Made by a program: the position numbers and the translations under genes. From assembly GCA_002633005.1 (NCBI GenBank), contig NMRA01000329.1, positions 85,219 to 149,218 of the forward strand: 64,000 nt of DNA, read 5' to 3'. Below the pieces are notes generated by a model, which was not told the origin of the DNA, ran no database searches, and was given only the letters and a program-made list of their open reading frames with translations. Below, one piece after another: positions 1-13,100 of this stretch. The stretch comes from Phoronis australis (taxonomy: Eukaryota > Animalia > Phoronida). Position 1 is the first letter of the stretch, and every line of letters begins with the position of its first letter.

Positions 1-1055
1 TTCATCGAAGGTAATTTACCTTTACGTCAACGCCGTGGTGCACATTATTTCCCGGTGCTGATGCCATTTTTGATAAAACTTCACCCCATGAAGGAATTGC
101 ATAGCAAAAATCGCTTCTTGTGAAAGTTCATTTCCAGAATATTTCATATTGTCTGACTTTCTCATGCGATGCCTGAACTCGCAGTGCATCACAAAACAAC
201 TTTAAAGTTAGGTCACTTACTATTATGAAGCTCGTGTCGAAAATGTTTCCTTTAACATGTTGAAGATTAGTCCAATGGTTTGAATGAAATGACAGTTAGT
301 TAATGAGATCATGCTCTACAAGATGGTCTGGGTGAGTCATTTTATGCCTAGCTCAATGGTTAACTAACAGTCATTTCTTTGCAAACTCAGAAATTGCATT
401 TCGTATGAGTAAGAATTATATTAAAATCGATTTTATAGCGGTATATAGTCTAAATCAAAAACTCTCTTCTCTGACGAAACTCGGAGTAATTTTATTAAAA
501 CACAATTATAATACTGTGTAACCTTCGCTAACCCTTAAAAGGTTTGGAACAGATTGCTTGCGTAGGTTGCTAATCAAAAGGCGTTAGTAACTCTTTGGAC
601 GAGTTGATCGCGGACTGCGGGAAATGACCGCCGAAATTGAACCACAATATCTACTTTATGACCGTGTGAGGAAGTGTTTTATCTGTTTAATGCTGTTAAC
701 TCTCAGTACCAGTAACTCAGCTCTAACCCTGTGCCCACGGACTAAAAGAAAAAATTAATCGTCACGTAAGCCATGACTTACTTTAGGCGATCAGCAAAAA
801 CAAATTTTCTCGTCTCTGGTGCCTTTTGTTATTTGATAAAGTGAGTAACTGAAAATACCGCAACACCGTTTCGATGTCCAACCATGTGCTGTTTTGGCAT
901 AAAAAACCGCTTTGGGCGAAACTGCCAAGTCTTGACCATTCTTCGAAAGTGTTAGCGGTTACGTGATCACCACGTCTCCGTGATGGCCTGTTTTCATCAT
1001 ATAGCATTTTGACCGTGTTTGTGCAATCGCGACGAAACTTATATTTCTTTTACAG

Positions 1056-1182
1056 TAAGAAACTTTCGACGAGAAAAGGAAGTAAAAGGACGAGCCGAGG
1101 CTGAACAATTTGTGTACATTGGAGGGTCTTCTGGAGGGGTCGTCGTCATTTTGGCGGCGTTAGCTGGCTTTGTGTTTTACAG
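1056..1182 (+). CDS. RPTP exon: transmembrane helix
   Basis: tttacag| ... AG|gtacaa; encodes [24 protein letters not shown]. Confidence 0.8.
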
Positions 1183-4100
1183 GTACAATGTAGAGTGGTA
1201 TTAGTTACCGGGCAAAACATTCATTGTGTGAACCGCTTGAGCGCTTTTGAAATGCACTTTGCGCGACTAAGTAACGTACAGTGTAGCGATATCTTGCGTG
1301 GGATGTTGTTATCGAGTCTTCGCATGTAACCAAATTGTGCAAAAGTCTTACCTCAATGAACGTATCCATGTTTTGACAGTAAATAGTCCAGATAATTTGA
1401 TTTTTGACTTTATACCAATCTGCCATTAATTGGTCACATTCATTTTGTTAAAATTATGCTAAAATGTGCATTTACAACAAAACTACGTTACTTGTTCAAT
1501 AAAATGGTCACATTTCTATCTGATGTCATTGTTTAAAAAGAAATCTCAAAACACCGTTATCGTTTGGTCTTATAATTATAGTTTTGAAAAACAGTATATG
1601 AATCAAAGTATCTGGTAGTTTTATTTGTATCAGATCAGTCAATTCTGAAATAAGATGTTCGAACTTTTCCAAACCTGCAAACTTTTCTGGGACGCCACAT
1701 AACCTTCCAGTATCCGGTTGCATGAAATAGTACCAAAAATTCCCTAAATCTTCAAAGTATTTGTGGACTTGTGAAAGCAATGATTGTACTTTCATATGTT
1801 GTTTGAAATTAATCATTAAGGCAATTTTGGCTTTGATGCAAATCGAGAGTGAACACTACGTTGAATTATCGGTATCATTGAAAATAAGAAGGGATCTTTT
1901 TATGCAAAGTCTCTAATTTAAGAACTAAGTCCCTATTTATCTTGACTGAAATAAGCTCAGTTTCTGGTTGTACTCTCATTAGTCACAGGGGACATGATAA
2001 TTAATTATTTATAATGATAGGAAAATGGCTACATGTGTGAGAAAAGAACGAAAAAATGCACACAATATTTGGGGAACCGTTAGTCGAGTCAATAATTGGA
2101 ACTGTTCCATGCAACCAAGCACAGGTCTCTAATGAAAGACTGTGCGTGCAGTTTACAAAACTACAATTTGTGTTTCATAATTAGAAGACAACGAAGAAAA
2201 AAGCAATCAACTCCTGAAGAAATAGCTTTAGGTAAGTTCTGGCGGACGTTTAGTGACAACAAAGAGCGCCATCTCTGCATTTGCTTTGAATGTGAAATGG
2301 ATACAAATCATATGCACGTGTATTTAGATGTGGGATATAAAATTTACATATCAGTTGATGCAACGATGTAATGCCAATGTTAAGTCAAGTAATGCGACCA
2401 CAAGACGTTGGTGTCACAATACTAGTGAGTGCTAACGTCGGTCTACTGTGATAGATGACCCAGTAGATGGTAATGAATGTTCTTCTTTTTGACATCTGCA
2501 TAGATGACACCTGCATGAGGGGCCCACGTAATTTACGTAATTGCTGGGTACTCGGTGTTTAATAATGCTAGTGTTTTGCTTTTAAGTGAGATCTCCTAAG
2601 ATCAAGCGAGTAGAACGTAGTATACTCGCGCATTTCTTTTGGAAGATCACTTGGTTCATTTGCGATACCTTGTGAATTTACAGTTCTCTATTATTGTGAA
2701 AAAATGAAGAAAATCAAAGCGCTTCAATGACATCTTCCGCTTTGGAGATGGGTATACAAAATATTACTGATATACAAAATGTCAGCAGCGACAGCAATGT
2801 CAGCACTTGAACAGCGACAGCAGCAGCAGCAACAACAACAAAGGCATCTTAAAACAAATTTAGTTACTGCTGAAATCCGAATTGAAAATAAGACAAATGC
2901 TTTTGGGCTAACAACGTGTTTTTCGCGTCATTAAAACACCATTTTGTCGCTGTTGACCTATCAAATTCTTAACTGGAGCTCTTTTTGATTTTAAAACCAA
3001 TGCCACGCTCTCTCAGCTTTGACTCGTTTCTGTGTGAGTCAGCAACTCAAATTTCAGGCAAGTCATTCATGCGTCATGATATGAATTTGCAATTTTATGG
3101 TTCGCCAACCCGAATATATATCTTATCACTGATAGTTTCGATATTTTTGTTTGTAATTAAGTAGAATTGAGCTAATTACTCAAAAGATAATTAGGAAAAC
3201 GATTTTGTGATTTAAGTGGTTTAAATCATGTTTCGTTTTTTTGGCTATTGAACACCGAGGAAATAGAGTTCCAATTTCTAAAATAACCAATTTTATATCA
3301 AAAACACTATAAAAGAACCCCACCAGTCAACCAGGTGTCTGGTTAGAACACCTGCTATTACTATCTGACCACAGCCTCGTCTCCAAGCCTCAAGATGGCG
3401 CTGATCGTTTTAGCCATTTGAGGCTTCGTCATTGGTAATAGACCATATTCACGCCGACAGGAGGCGCGTTCCAAAACGAGGCTCGCTACGATAGCTCTGT
3501 TGGCTTATCGGCATGGGAGTCTGTGTTTCAGTCCGTGTTGTTCCCCAAACGGCTAGAAAAAAATACGTACACGCTTCACAATCTCTAAAGACGTTTAGAT
3601 TCGGAAGCGTTGGGTCGTTGCCATACGCCGACGAAGCAAAATATGTCCGTGTAAAATAAATGTTTTCGAAAANNNNNNNNNNNNNNNNNNNNNNNNNNNN
3701 NNNNNNNNNNNNNNNNNNNNNNNNNNNNNNNNNNNNNNNNNNNNNNNNNNNNNNNNNNNNNNNNNNNNNNNNNNNNNNNNNNNNNNNNNNNNNNNNNNNN
3801 NNNNNNNNNNNNNNNNNNNNNNNNNNNNNNNNNNNNNNNNNNNNNNNNNNNNNNNNNNNNNNNNNNNNNNNNNNNNNNNNNNNNNNNNNNNNNNNNNNNN
3901 NNNNNNNNNNNNNNNNNNNNNNNNNNNNNNNNNNNNNNNNNNNNNNNNNNNNNNNNNNNNNNNNNNNNNNNNNNNNNNNNNNNNNNNNNNNNNNNNNNNN
4001 NNNNNNNNNNNNNNNNNNNNNNNNNNNNNNNNNNNNNNNNNNNNNNNNNNNNNNNNNNNNNNNNNNNNNNNNNNNNNNNNNNNNNNNNNNNNNNNNNNNN

Positions 4101-7100
4101 NNNNNNNNNNNNNNNNNNNNNNNNNNNNNNNNNNNNNNNNNNATCAATTATTCTTTCAGCTCAATGACAAATCAACTGTTAGTCCCAGGGAGTGCATAGG
4201 ATCAGGCTATGCTTGATTTTAATATTCTTGATCAACAAATTAAACCAGATGTGACTAATTGCACATGACAGCCACCACTGTCGAATATGTCTTCAACTCG
4301 TCAACAATACGAGCAGATGACCTGGTCCACGTAGAAAGTATTTTGATCAACAATTTACAAGAAAAAAGTAACCCTGCATCCAGCATAATACCTAATCCGT
4401 AACACTACGATCGCCGCAATTTGGTCATATTTACTTTTCATGTTTCGAACCTAGTTTTCCGAAAAAAATTAAACCCTTTCGTCAGACAACTCTTTGACGC
4501 CTTAACATGTTCTCTAATGTAATTTTCTACGTCTGTGTGGTTTAATTGTTGACACATTAATAAAATTCAATATCCAGGTTGGACTCGAAAGACCGGCTAT
4601 TTAACTCACGCAATGTCTACTTTCGCTTTGTTTATCGCAGTGAGCCTCGCTTTCGATTTTAATGTCAGCCGCGTGAATAGAGTCTATACCTTAGGCGCAA
4701 TGATTGGCCGCTGCCTTGACGTCATTAAAACAAAGGCAGAAGTTGATCATTTTGACAGGCGTTGTTGGTGCCTGCCATTCATGAAGCAAAAGGCATTGTC
4801 TGGTTATTGCTTGAAATTCACTCCTTGCACGAATTTGCCATTATACTTGAAAAGGAGGCGTCATGTCCCAACTGCAATGGTTCTGCATGTCTGTAACCCG
4901 CATGCTTTCACGTTTGCATTGTTAAATATATGCTTTAACGAGGCGCTGTGTCCTAAACAACAATCATTTTTGCTGCGCTATCAAAGTGTGCTAGTAGTGA
5001 ATAAAGGAAGTTGGCGTACTTATTTCCAAATCTTTTTTATTCATAGTGCAATCAAATTCATATATTTTCGAATCAAAATACATTATTTTTGCAGTAATTT
5101 TAGCCTAAATTGCTGCAGTATACAGTTAGTTTTCAGAAAATTTCAAAGTTTATACAATCTTTCATTACCCATGATATTCCGGCGATTTCGTTTCGCATGA
5201 CCAACCCTCAAATGGCTAAAACCGATAAGCGCCATCTTGGGTCTTGGGGACGAGGCTGAGGTGATTTCAAGTTAGAGGATTTATTGGTCGATAAAGGTTT
5301 ACGTTCTTACACTTTTGTATACGAAACTTGCGTGTTGGTAGACATGGAACATTAGCACTGGGTACAATCATGCGTCATACTCATGTCCTTGGAGCTTTTA
5401 GTTAGAGTAGTGCTTCATCTAGTTCCTTCGTTTTTGGAATTTTGTATTCACTGTTGTGATGTTGAATGCCATAGAGAAAGGTTTAATGATAATCACAATG
5501 TAATCTATTGTCAAAACAAGGTATAATTTGGTTTTAAGCACTTCAATTATGTGAGGAAATTGATAAAGTGCATAATTATAATTATGTTCTTCGTTGCAGC
5601 TATGCCAGAGAGGAGAAACGATATTCAAAATAGAAGCGAAGAAGACAACGATCCAGATTTGGAGGCCAACAGTGAAATAGCACGTTGCTCTGTTGCTGTG
5701 TCGTACGGACAGCGTCAATCACTGCTAAGTACCGAGTACTCTAACGTAAACAATCGTGTGCGATTGGACGACCTGCCGAGTTTTGTATCCTTAGGAATGA
5801 GAGTCGGAAAAATCATGGACGAATATCAGGTAAATGAGATGATGCCTATTGGAGCAAATGAATCTTTGATTGAGTATCTTACGGCAAATGGATGACTGAG
5901 AAGTTATTCATCGAGGCATATACAGTATGTCCATTAATGATAACAAGCATTTCTTTCTTACATAATCATAATTTGTCTTGTTAAATTACGGACTTTTTAT
6001 CACAAAACCTGCGACTCGGTCATGCCCATGTCTAGAGGAAAGTGGACACATTTGTTTCACTGCACAAATGGTTATTGTAGATAAGCATTAGCGCTTGTTT
6101 TACCAAGCATACGAATACGATTAGTGCATCTACGATGTAGTTCATAATGCATCACGCATTGTAACAAAGCTGAAGGAATACATTATGTCAACTGCTAAAG
6201 TCGTTACCTATGAGTTTCATCTATCATTCAAGCCTACGTAGAAACCGTGACACACTTTTCGTTCAAGTAATTCTGTAACAAAACGGTATTAGTAGGAAGC
6301 CGAGTCACGGCATTTTCATGTTGTTTAATTCAGATGGTGCCGACTGGTTTGCTCTTTGATCACGAGGTGGCCTCTCATTTAGACAATAAACCGAAGAATC
6401 GGTACATCAACATTATTACCTGTAAGTACATGTGTCAATAGACTGGTTCATTTTTAAAAAAATGCTAACGGCTACTTGATTCAGTTCCTGTAAAACCTCT
6501 GTAATAACGAGTATATGGACAAACCAGGCTGCAGTTATTAACGTTCAATCGATTCGCCAAGAATAAAACTGAAATTCTATATGGTCCTTGTATTTCCATG
6601 TCAACAGCTAGTCACTTAGTACTTGAATATTTGCTTGGATTTGCGCTATTCTGATGATATTACGAATATCCAATATTGTCGAATAAATGTCTTCCTGGTC
6701 AGAACTGTATGGCGTAATATTTTTTCCAGACGACCAAAACCGTGTTGTCCTAAACATGGTGGATAACGACCCCCAATCGACCTACATCAACGCTTCGTAC
6801 ATTGATTCTTACACTCGTCCGTCTGCGTTTATTGCAGCTCAAGGTACCAGTAAGGAGTACTCGATCGGTTTTATGACCAAAGACGCATTTTAAGGGACAT
6901 TTGTTGTATTGACGTCTTGGAGTTATTGGCTTTGATCTTAGCTGTCGAGCAGCAATATCTGTTGAGTTATTGTTATAGTATTTGATATTACCCATTCTTA
7001 AAAATGGCTTCCAGTTGAAGTAAAATTAAATCAAGGCGTAAACCTCATCCGCTGTTTCGTTGTTACTCGCAGCGAAAATGGACATTGCAAGCGATATGTA

Positions 7101-10100
7101 GTAGCGATTAAGGGTCATAGAGCCAATGACTAATCTCCTGGCTGTATGTGAGAAAAAAGAGGGACGAGACGAAGCAATTGGAGAGGTACGCTCTTCAGTA
7201 TAAGTATTTATGATGGAAATGAAGCGCTGGACTTCCTAGATAAAGCTTTACTTGATGACTCCCTTGCCTACTAATGGGTATATCACTTATGTTAAGCTTG
7301 ATAAGTAGGCACTTTGTTGAATGAATCTGCTGTACTACATCTACGGTTAAACTGCGTTAGGTTGTGCTCAGAACACACTCTGGAGTCTTATTTTATGTCA
7401 TAGCCACGTGTGCATAATTTGGTAAATTATCAAATTGTTTGCAGGCCCGACTAAAGACACAGTGGTCGACTTTTGGAGGATGATTTGGGAGAAAAAAGTT
7501 CGAGTGGTGGTTATGCTTACAAACCTAGTCGAGAACGGAAAGGTAGACGTGATATTTTTTGCCGTGTTAAAGAGTCAAAATGGGGAACTACGCCTTAAAG
7601 TTTAGAAATGATGTAATTTGATTGTAGTTTGAAAAAACGAAGAGAAGACGATTAAATCAGAAATTAAACGTCTCCACAACGTGTGTTTTTCACGTGACCT
7701 TATGATTTTCTCCTATTATCTGCTGATTTCAGAATCCCCTAAGTGTTCTATACGTCTTGGCCAGTGCAGACGTCTCTCCTTTATCGTCAAAAACTAGCAA
7801 ATCCAAATATTTCCTGTTCTATTCCAAATAAACTTTAGTGACCGCACTCTTTTTTATTCAGCGTAAATGTCATAAATACTGGCCAGAGTCTAATGAGCCG
7901 GAAGAGTTTGGTAACTTTTCCTTGTCGGTGATAGTAGACGAGCAACCATCAGACATCACCATACGAAAGATGAAGATCGTTAATTTGAAGGTGAGTTTTG
8001 AAGTTTAATTGCGTAATGATCTTGGAGATACCGAAGTTTACCTAAAAACAATAAACTAACGATTAATTCCAATGTTTCAGAATTAGCATAAAGTAATCAG
8101 AAATGATGTAGGGCGTGATTCTTATGTTATGACAATATTCTTGAAAATTTTAATACGTTACAAAATTTATTTGAAGCATGTTGTTTATTTACCTGGGAAT
8201 TAAATAAGTCCATAGCTGTAGTTTTAATACTTTATTTTTAAGGCTTCGACAATCATATGTACATGTATTGTTGAGGATTTTATAAAATGAAAACAATCAC
8301 CTTCAATGCTTGTAACAAAGTCAGTACTCTGAATCGGGTTTGACGATCTCTACAGTAATCCACATAATGAAGTCATTTTGACTTCCAGGAAGATCAAGAG
8401 AGAACAGTTACACAATTCCACTTTACTGCCTGGCCCGATCATGGTGTTCCGGAAAATTCTGGGTCATTTTGGAAGCTTCATCGACTAGTCAAATCAGAAA
8501 TGAATTCAGAGTCGCCTGCCGTCATCCACTGCAGGTACAAAACAATACGGTGTTTCAGAAGTTTTATACTGTATTAAATTACTATTGTCCAGATGTGTGT
8601 GTTGTAGAGCGTTCACACGCCGACCAATCTGACGGCAGATCAGACGTGTAGTAGTTTTCTGTCTGAAAAAATGACATCTGATCGCTCGTCGAACGTGTGA
8701 TTTGCTTATCGACCGACATTTCCAATACATGTGTAACGTGGTTGACGGTTAGGTTCACCTCCTGTGGTGAGTGCACGTGATTGGCTAGAGTTATAATTAC
8801 TCCGAAGACTGCAGATAGGACACGTTGGTGAACGCTCGTTTTAAGCGCAGGGCCGTAGGAAGCGAACTGTCACTCTTTTCCAAGCTTAATGATGTTTAGC
8901 CTTTCATAATTAAGGTGTCCCATTTCAGACGGGACCCTCTCTCGCTGGAACAGTTCCGAGAAATGTCCCTATGTCCCTCTATACATGCAAATCCGACACT
9001 GGCAAGTACTCACGACGGAGGTTGTGATTCCAAATTCATCAAAAAATCACAAAACATTCGTGCACAGCCCAGCAGTATCAGGACATTCCAGACAAACAAC
9101 CAAAAAATGTGAAAAAATACAGAATTGACCGCCATCAAAAAGGTGGTATTTTGAAGAACGTGAAGACCGCTATTTGTTAATTACATAAAAAGACTTTCCT
9201 AGTGGTTAGTTATAGAATAGTGTTACTGTTTCCCATAGTATCAGAAGAATATCATATCTTGTGAAGATGGTTACCATGAGTTGTTGGTAAGGATTTCTCA
9301 CATGTGAAGAACACTGCTGTAGAGGCTACCATTGGGGTGACAGTGTAAATGAGCACGCGTGTACTCAAATACTCGCAATAATAAACAAATATTTCAACTT
9401 TTTTGAGCTCAAATTCAACTCGTGAACCGTTATACATGTATCCTTGGAAATGAGCAAAAATACACGTACATCTTAATGTGATTGCCCAACCTCCCATTTC
9501 CCCCGGTTACCCGTCAAAAATCTGTGAGCATGCCTGCGGAAAATGCTAATAACATTCCGTTTTGATCAACAATTCGTTGGTTTTTGATTTACATGTTTGT
9601 GAATCTACGAAAACCGACAGGTTAATAGATGATTTTTGGCAAATACAAGATAATCTTTTAAGAAATGATTATGATTCAGTGAATTAAGTTGAAGCCTGCA
9701 TATGGAAAAACTCTATAATCCGATCGCTAAATGGTAAAGTGCACTTGGACGCTTTTTGCCTATCTAAAATAATTCTCAAAGACATTGATGAAATTGGACA
9801 TTTCCCAAAAATTTAATCACAATTCAAATGACAATACATGCATTGCTTTTTGACTTCGGTACAAGACCTGTTGTTTAAAGTCACTAACAGAGGATCAAAA
9901 AGGAAATAAGTCATTAAATTAAGGTAAACGCATTTCTCATGGATTTGATTGTTGGTTTCTGATTTACATGTTTATGTGTCTATGAAAATGGAGAAGTTGA
10001 GAGGTGATTTTGTGACAGTTAGGAGCTAATCTTGTAATAAATGGCAATGCTTCAATGAACTTAGGTGCAGGTCGACATTGAAATAATTCGATCCATCATC

Positions 10101-13100
10101 AGATCCCCAAATATAAAAGTACACTGAAAGAGTTTTGTCTATCTGAAATAAGTCACAATGAAATTGATGAATTTCGGACAGCTCTACAAATTGTCCCAAA
10201 ATGTTCTCACAATTCAAATGGCAATAAATTGTTTATTGGCTCAGGAACAAGATTACTGGGTTTAAGTTTACAAACCGTAGATTGAAAAACAAGTTTAAGT
10301 ACTTGAATAAAATCATTGGTCATCAAATTGGAAATGTTCCCTTTACATTTATTGATGCTTTATGTTTCCAGTAGTATTGCGTCTTACAATTTTGTTCTTC
10401 AAAAATGAATCGTTTGCTTGTATTTTCCGGTGGTAACACACACACGGCATGCGCGATCCCAGCCTAAAATATAGGGGGCTCGAGTTTTTGAGGATGTTGA
10501 ACTTATACTGAAGAACAAAAAAACGGAATACGGGGTTTGTTCAGGGCAATGAATTGTGCATACGCGGAATTTATGCCTCAGTAGACTTTTGTCTCTCTTT
10601 TTTCGAACTTTATGTTTCTTTGAAGCGGACCTTTTTACCTACTTTTCCAAATGGGGGGCTCGTTCGAGGTGCGAACCCACTGTTGGAACCCAGCTATAGT
10701 TACTTCACGCAGCTCGCACTGAGCTACCCGTCAGTGATCTGCCCCTATATTCATTTTTACTCTCCTTGAAACTTTGTTCACAGTTACTCAAATCCTGATG
10801 GCTGTATCGCCGGTATCAACCCCACCTATGGCGGACGTGTGGGGTGCGGTACAAATATGGTGACATCCAGAGAACGAGGGTGGGGGGTGGGGGACTNGAT
10901 AGGAAGTGGGTAGGTTGGTGAAGTCAAATTGGTTTGTGCCCCCCCCATATTTTTTTTCTTTCCTACAGGCCCGAAGCGTCTGATTTGAATTCTGATCTAA
11001 CATACAGTCTGTGTTCTAATAGGAATTCTTAAGGACGCGGTAATACAGCTAATTACTCTACATTTCATTTTTGACCAGGGCGTTTAATTTTAAAGCAGAG
11101 GAATACTTCCTGGATCTCCATGGCAGAATTGCTTGCCTTTCCCATTTTCCCTTTTATAAATAAATGAACAATGTATGGTGTTACAAACATAAATTTGTTT
11201 GACACTAACACTAATCATTTATAGACAAGACTATGTGTATTACTGGGTTTAATTTTAAGCGAAAAATAAAGTGAAGATAACTTTTGGAACCGGAAAACCG
11301 TACCTTGATGTAGTAAGTATACAACCGTTTCGGCCTCATCTCACAGACTTAGTTCACCACCGGGTGCACCCTCTGTCGTTATAGAATAAAACAATAAAAA
11401 CAATAACAGTGATCGATAACTAGCGACCCGTCTCACCGATGCAGTTGTCAGTACACTCATCACATTTGTATTCATAGACCACAACACACCTCTCGAGGGA
11501 GTTGACTCATCTTCCACTGATGGGAGGATGGACCGAACAGTGTTGAATGGATTGTGAAACGACTTGACGTTTTGTTATTTTTTTCATTGTTTTATTCTAC
11601 GACAGAGGGCGCACCTCGTGGTGAACTAAATCCGTGAGATTAGTACGAAACGGCATACAGTTATTACATCAAGGCACGGTTTTTCGGTTTAAAAGGAGAC
11701 CACTATTATTTCATTAATCATTTGATTCATTTTGTTTTAAAGTGCTGGGATAGGTAGAACTGGCACCTTTATCTTACTGGACATTCTCGTTGACCAGTTA
11801 ACGCAAGAGAGCCTAGTCGACCCTCTAGGTTTCCTTTATCGCCTTCGCCAACAGCGAGTCAATATGGTACAGACAGTGGTAAGTATACATGTACACATGT
11901 ACGACAATACGATTCTGAACACCTTGTGCATTACCATAGCTTTGAATTCCTTTTTGGAAGTATTTCATACCTGATCATTGGCGAACCTCAAACGAGCAAA
12001 GGTTACTACAGTATATCAGATAGAGGCAGATTGGGATTGGAAATGACGTTGTACAAGACACGTTGAGACTTGGTAGGTTGAGGGCAAGGGGCCCGTTCCA
12101 AGAAACGCATTTAACTGCATTTTTTAGTCAGGGCTTATCTTTTCCCAACTTCCAAATCCGGTAAGATAGTCAAACTTAACACAAAACTGAAGTCATACTT
12201 TTAAGATCACTTTCTTGGAATCAGACTGGAAAGATTTAAGTTTTATCATAAATTTTTACTTAAATTTAATGTTTGTGTTAGCCAAGTCATTGTTCTTGGA
12301 ACAAACTCGTGATCTCAGCTGCGTTTTGGTCTCATTTTGCTGTTGTAAAACACCTCTGCTATGAATTCATTCTACGGTAGTACCCTAGGTGTTCAAGTTT
12401 GGACAATATACGAGAAGTGCAGATAGCCTGAGGATACTATAACCTGTCCACCGTAGCTTTATAACTTCAAACTCGAATTTCCACATGTGCGGGAGAACTC
12501 AAACTAGGTGCCACTACTCCCGTTTGCTGTCAAAAGGGAGTTGCAGTTGGAACACGTACGCCTTGTTATAAAGCTTTCCTCTGATCAAGCCACACTCAGA
12601 CCAGAAACTAGTTCTGGGCGTGAGGGAATTTGCAATTTATTATTAATTGCTCAAGATCACGTAGCTCAATAACGTGGCTTGACCCCTTGGTCACTTTATG
12701 CGCCGTACATTGTTCCAGCACAAACGTGCTGCTAGCTCTTCCGAAGCCCAGAAATCACATCTACTCAGAGTGATGGACATATTGAACCTTTTTATAATGT
12801 AAAGTGGGATTAACAAAAGGTTTGCCTTTGTGGCTGAATGCATGTTCTTAGCAGCTTTAAACAGAACGGTTATAATGCTTCCAACAATTGTAGTAGTTAG
12901 AAACACATCATTGCCAACCCACGTTTGGTAAGTTGGTGTCGTACATGTAGATAAAGCTAAGGAAGTTAGATTTTTTGGGGAAAAAAGAGGAGTTCTCTGG
13001 TACATACGCTCACAACATTTGATCTTATTTGCTTCCTGCCGAGATTAGAACTGATTTAAATGTATCGATAGCTAACTTTCGAAATAGCCTCGCCATATTG

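Noticed and set aside
2783-2841. CAG/CAA-rich tract resembling a polyQ exon
   Set aside because: No supporting splice sites, and the flanking RPTP exons already join in phase; treated as an intronic microsatellite.
3449-4199. Long ORFs of 232 aa and 179 aa in the track
   Set aside because: They are artefacts of translating through the N gap.
4613-5200. 195-aa ORF inside the TIR element
   Set aside because: No recognisable domain or transposase motif, and its composition looks like translated non-coding DNA.
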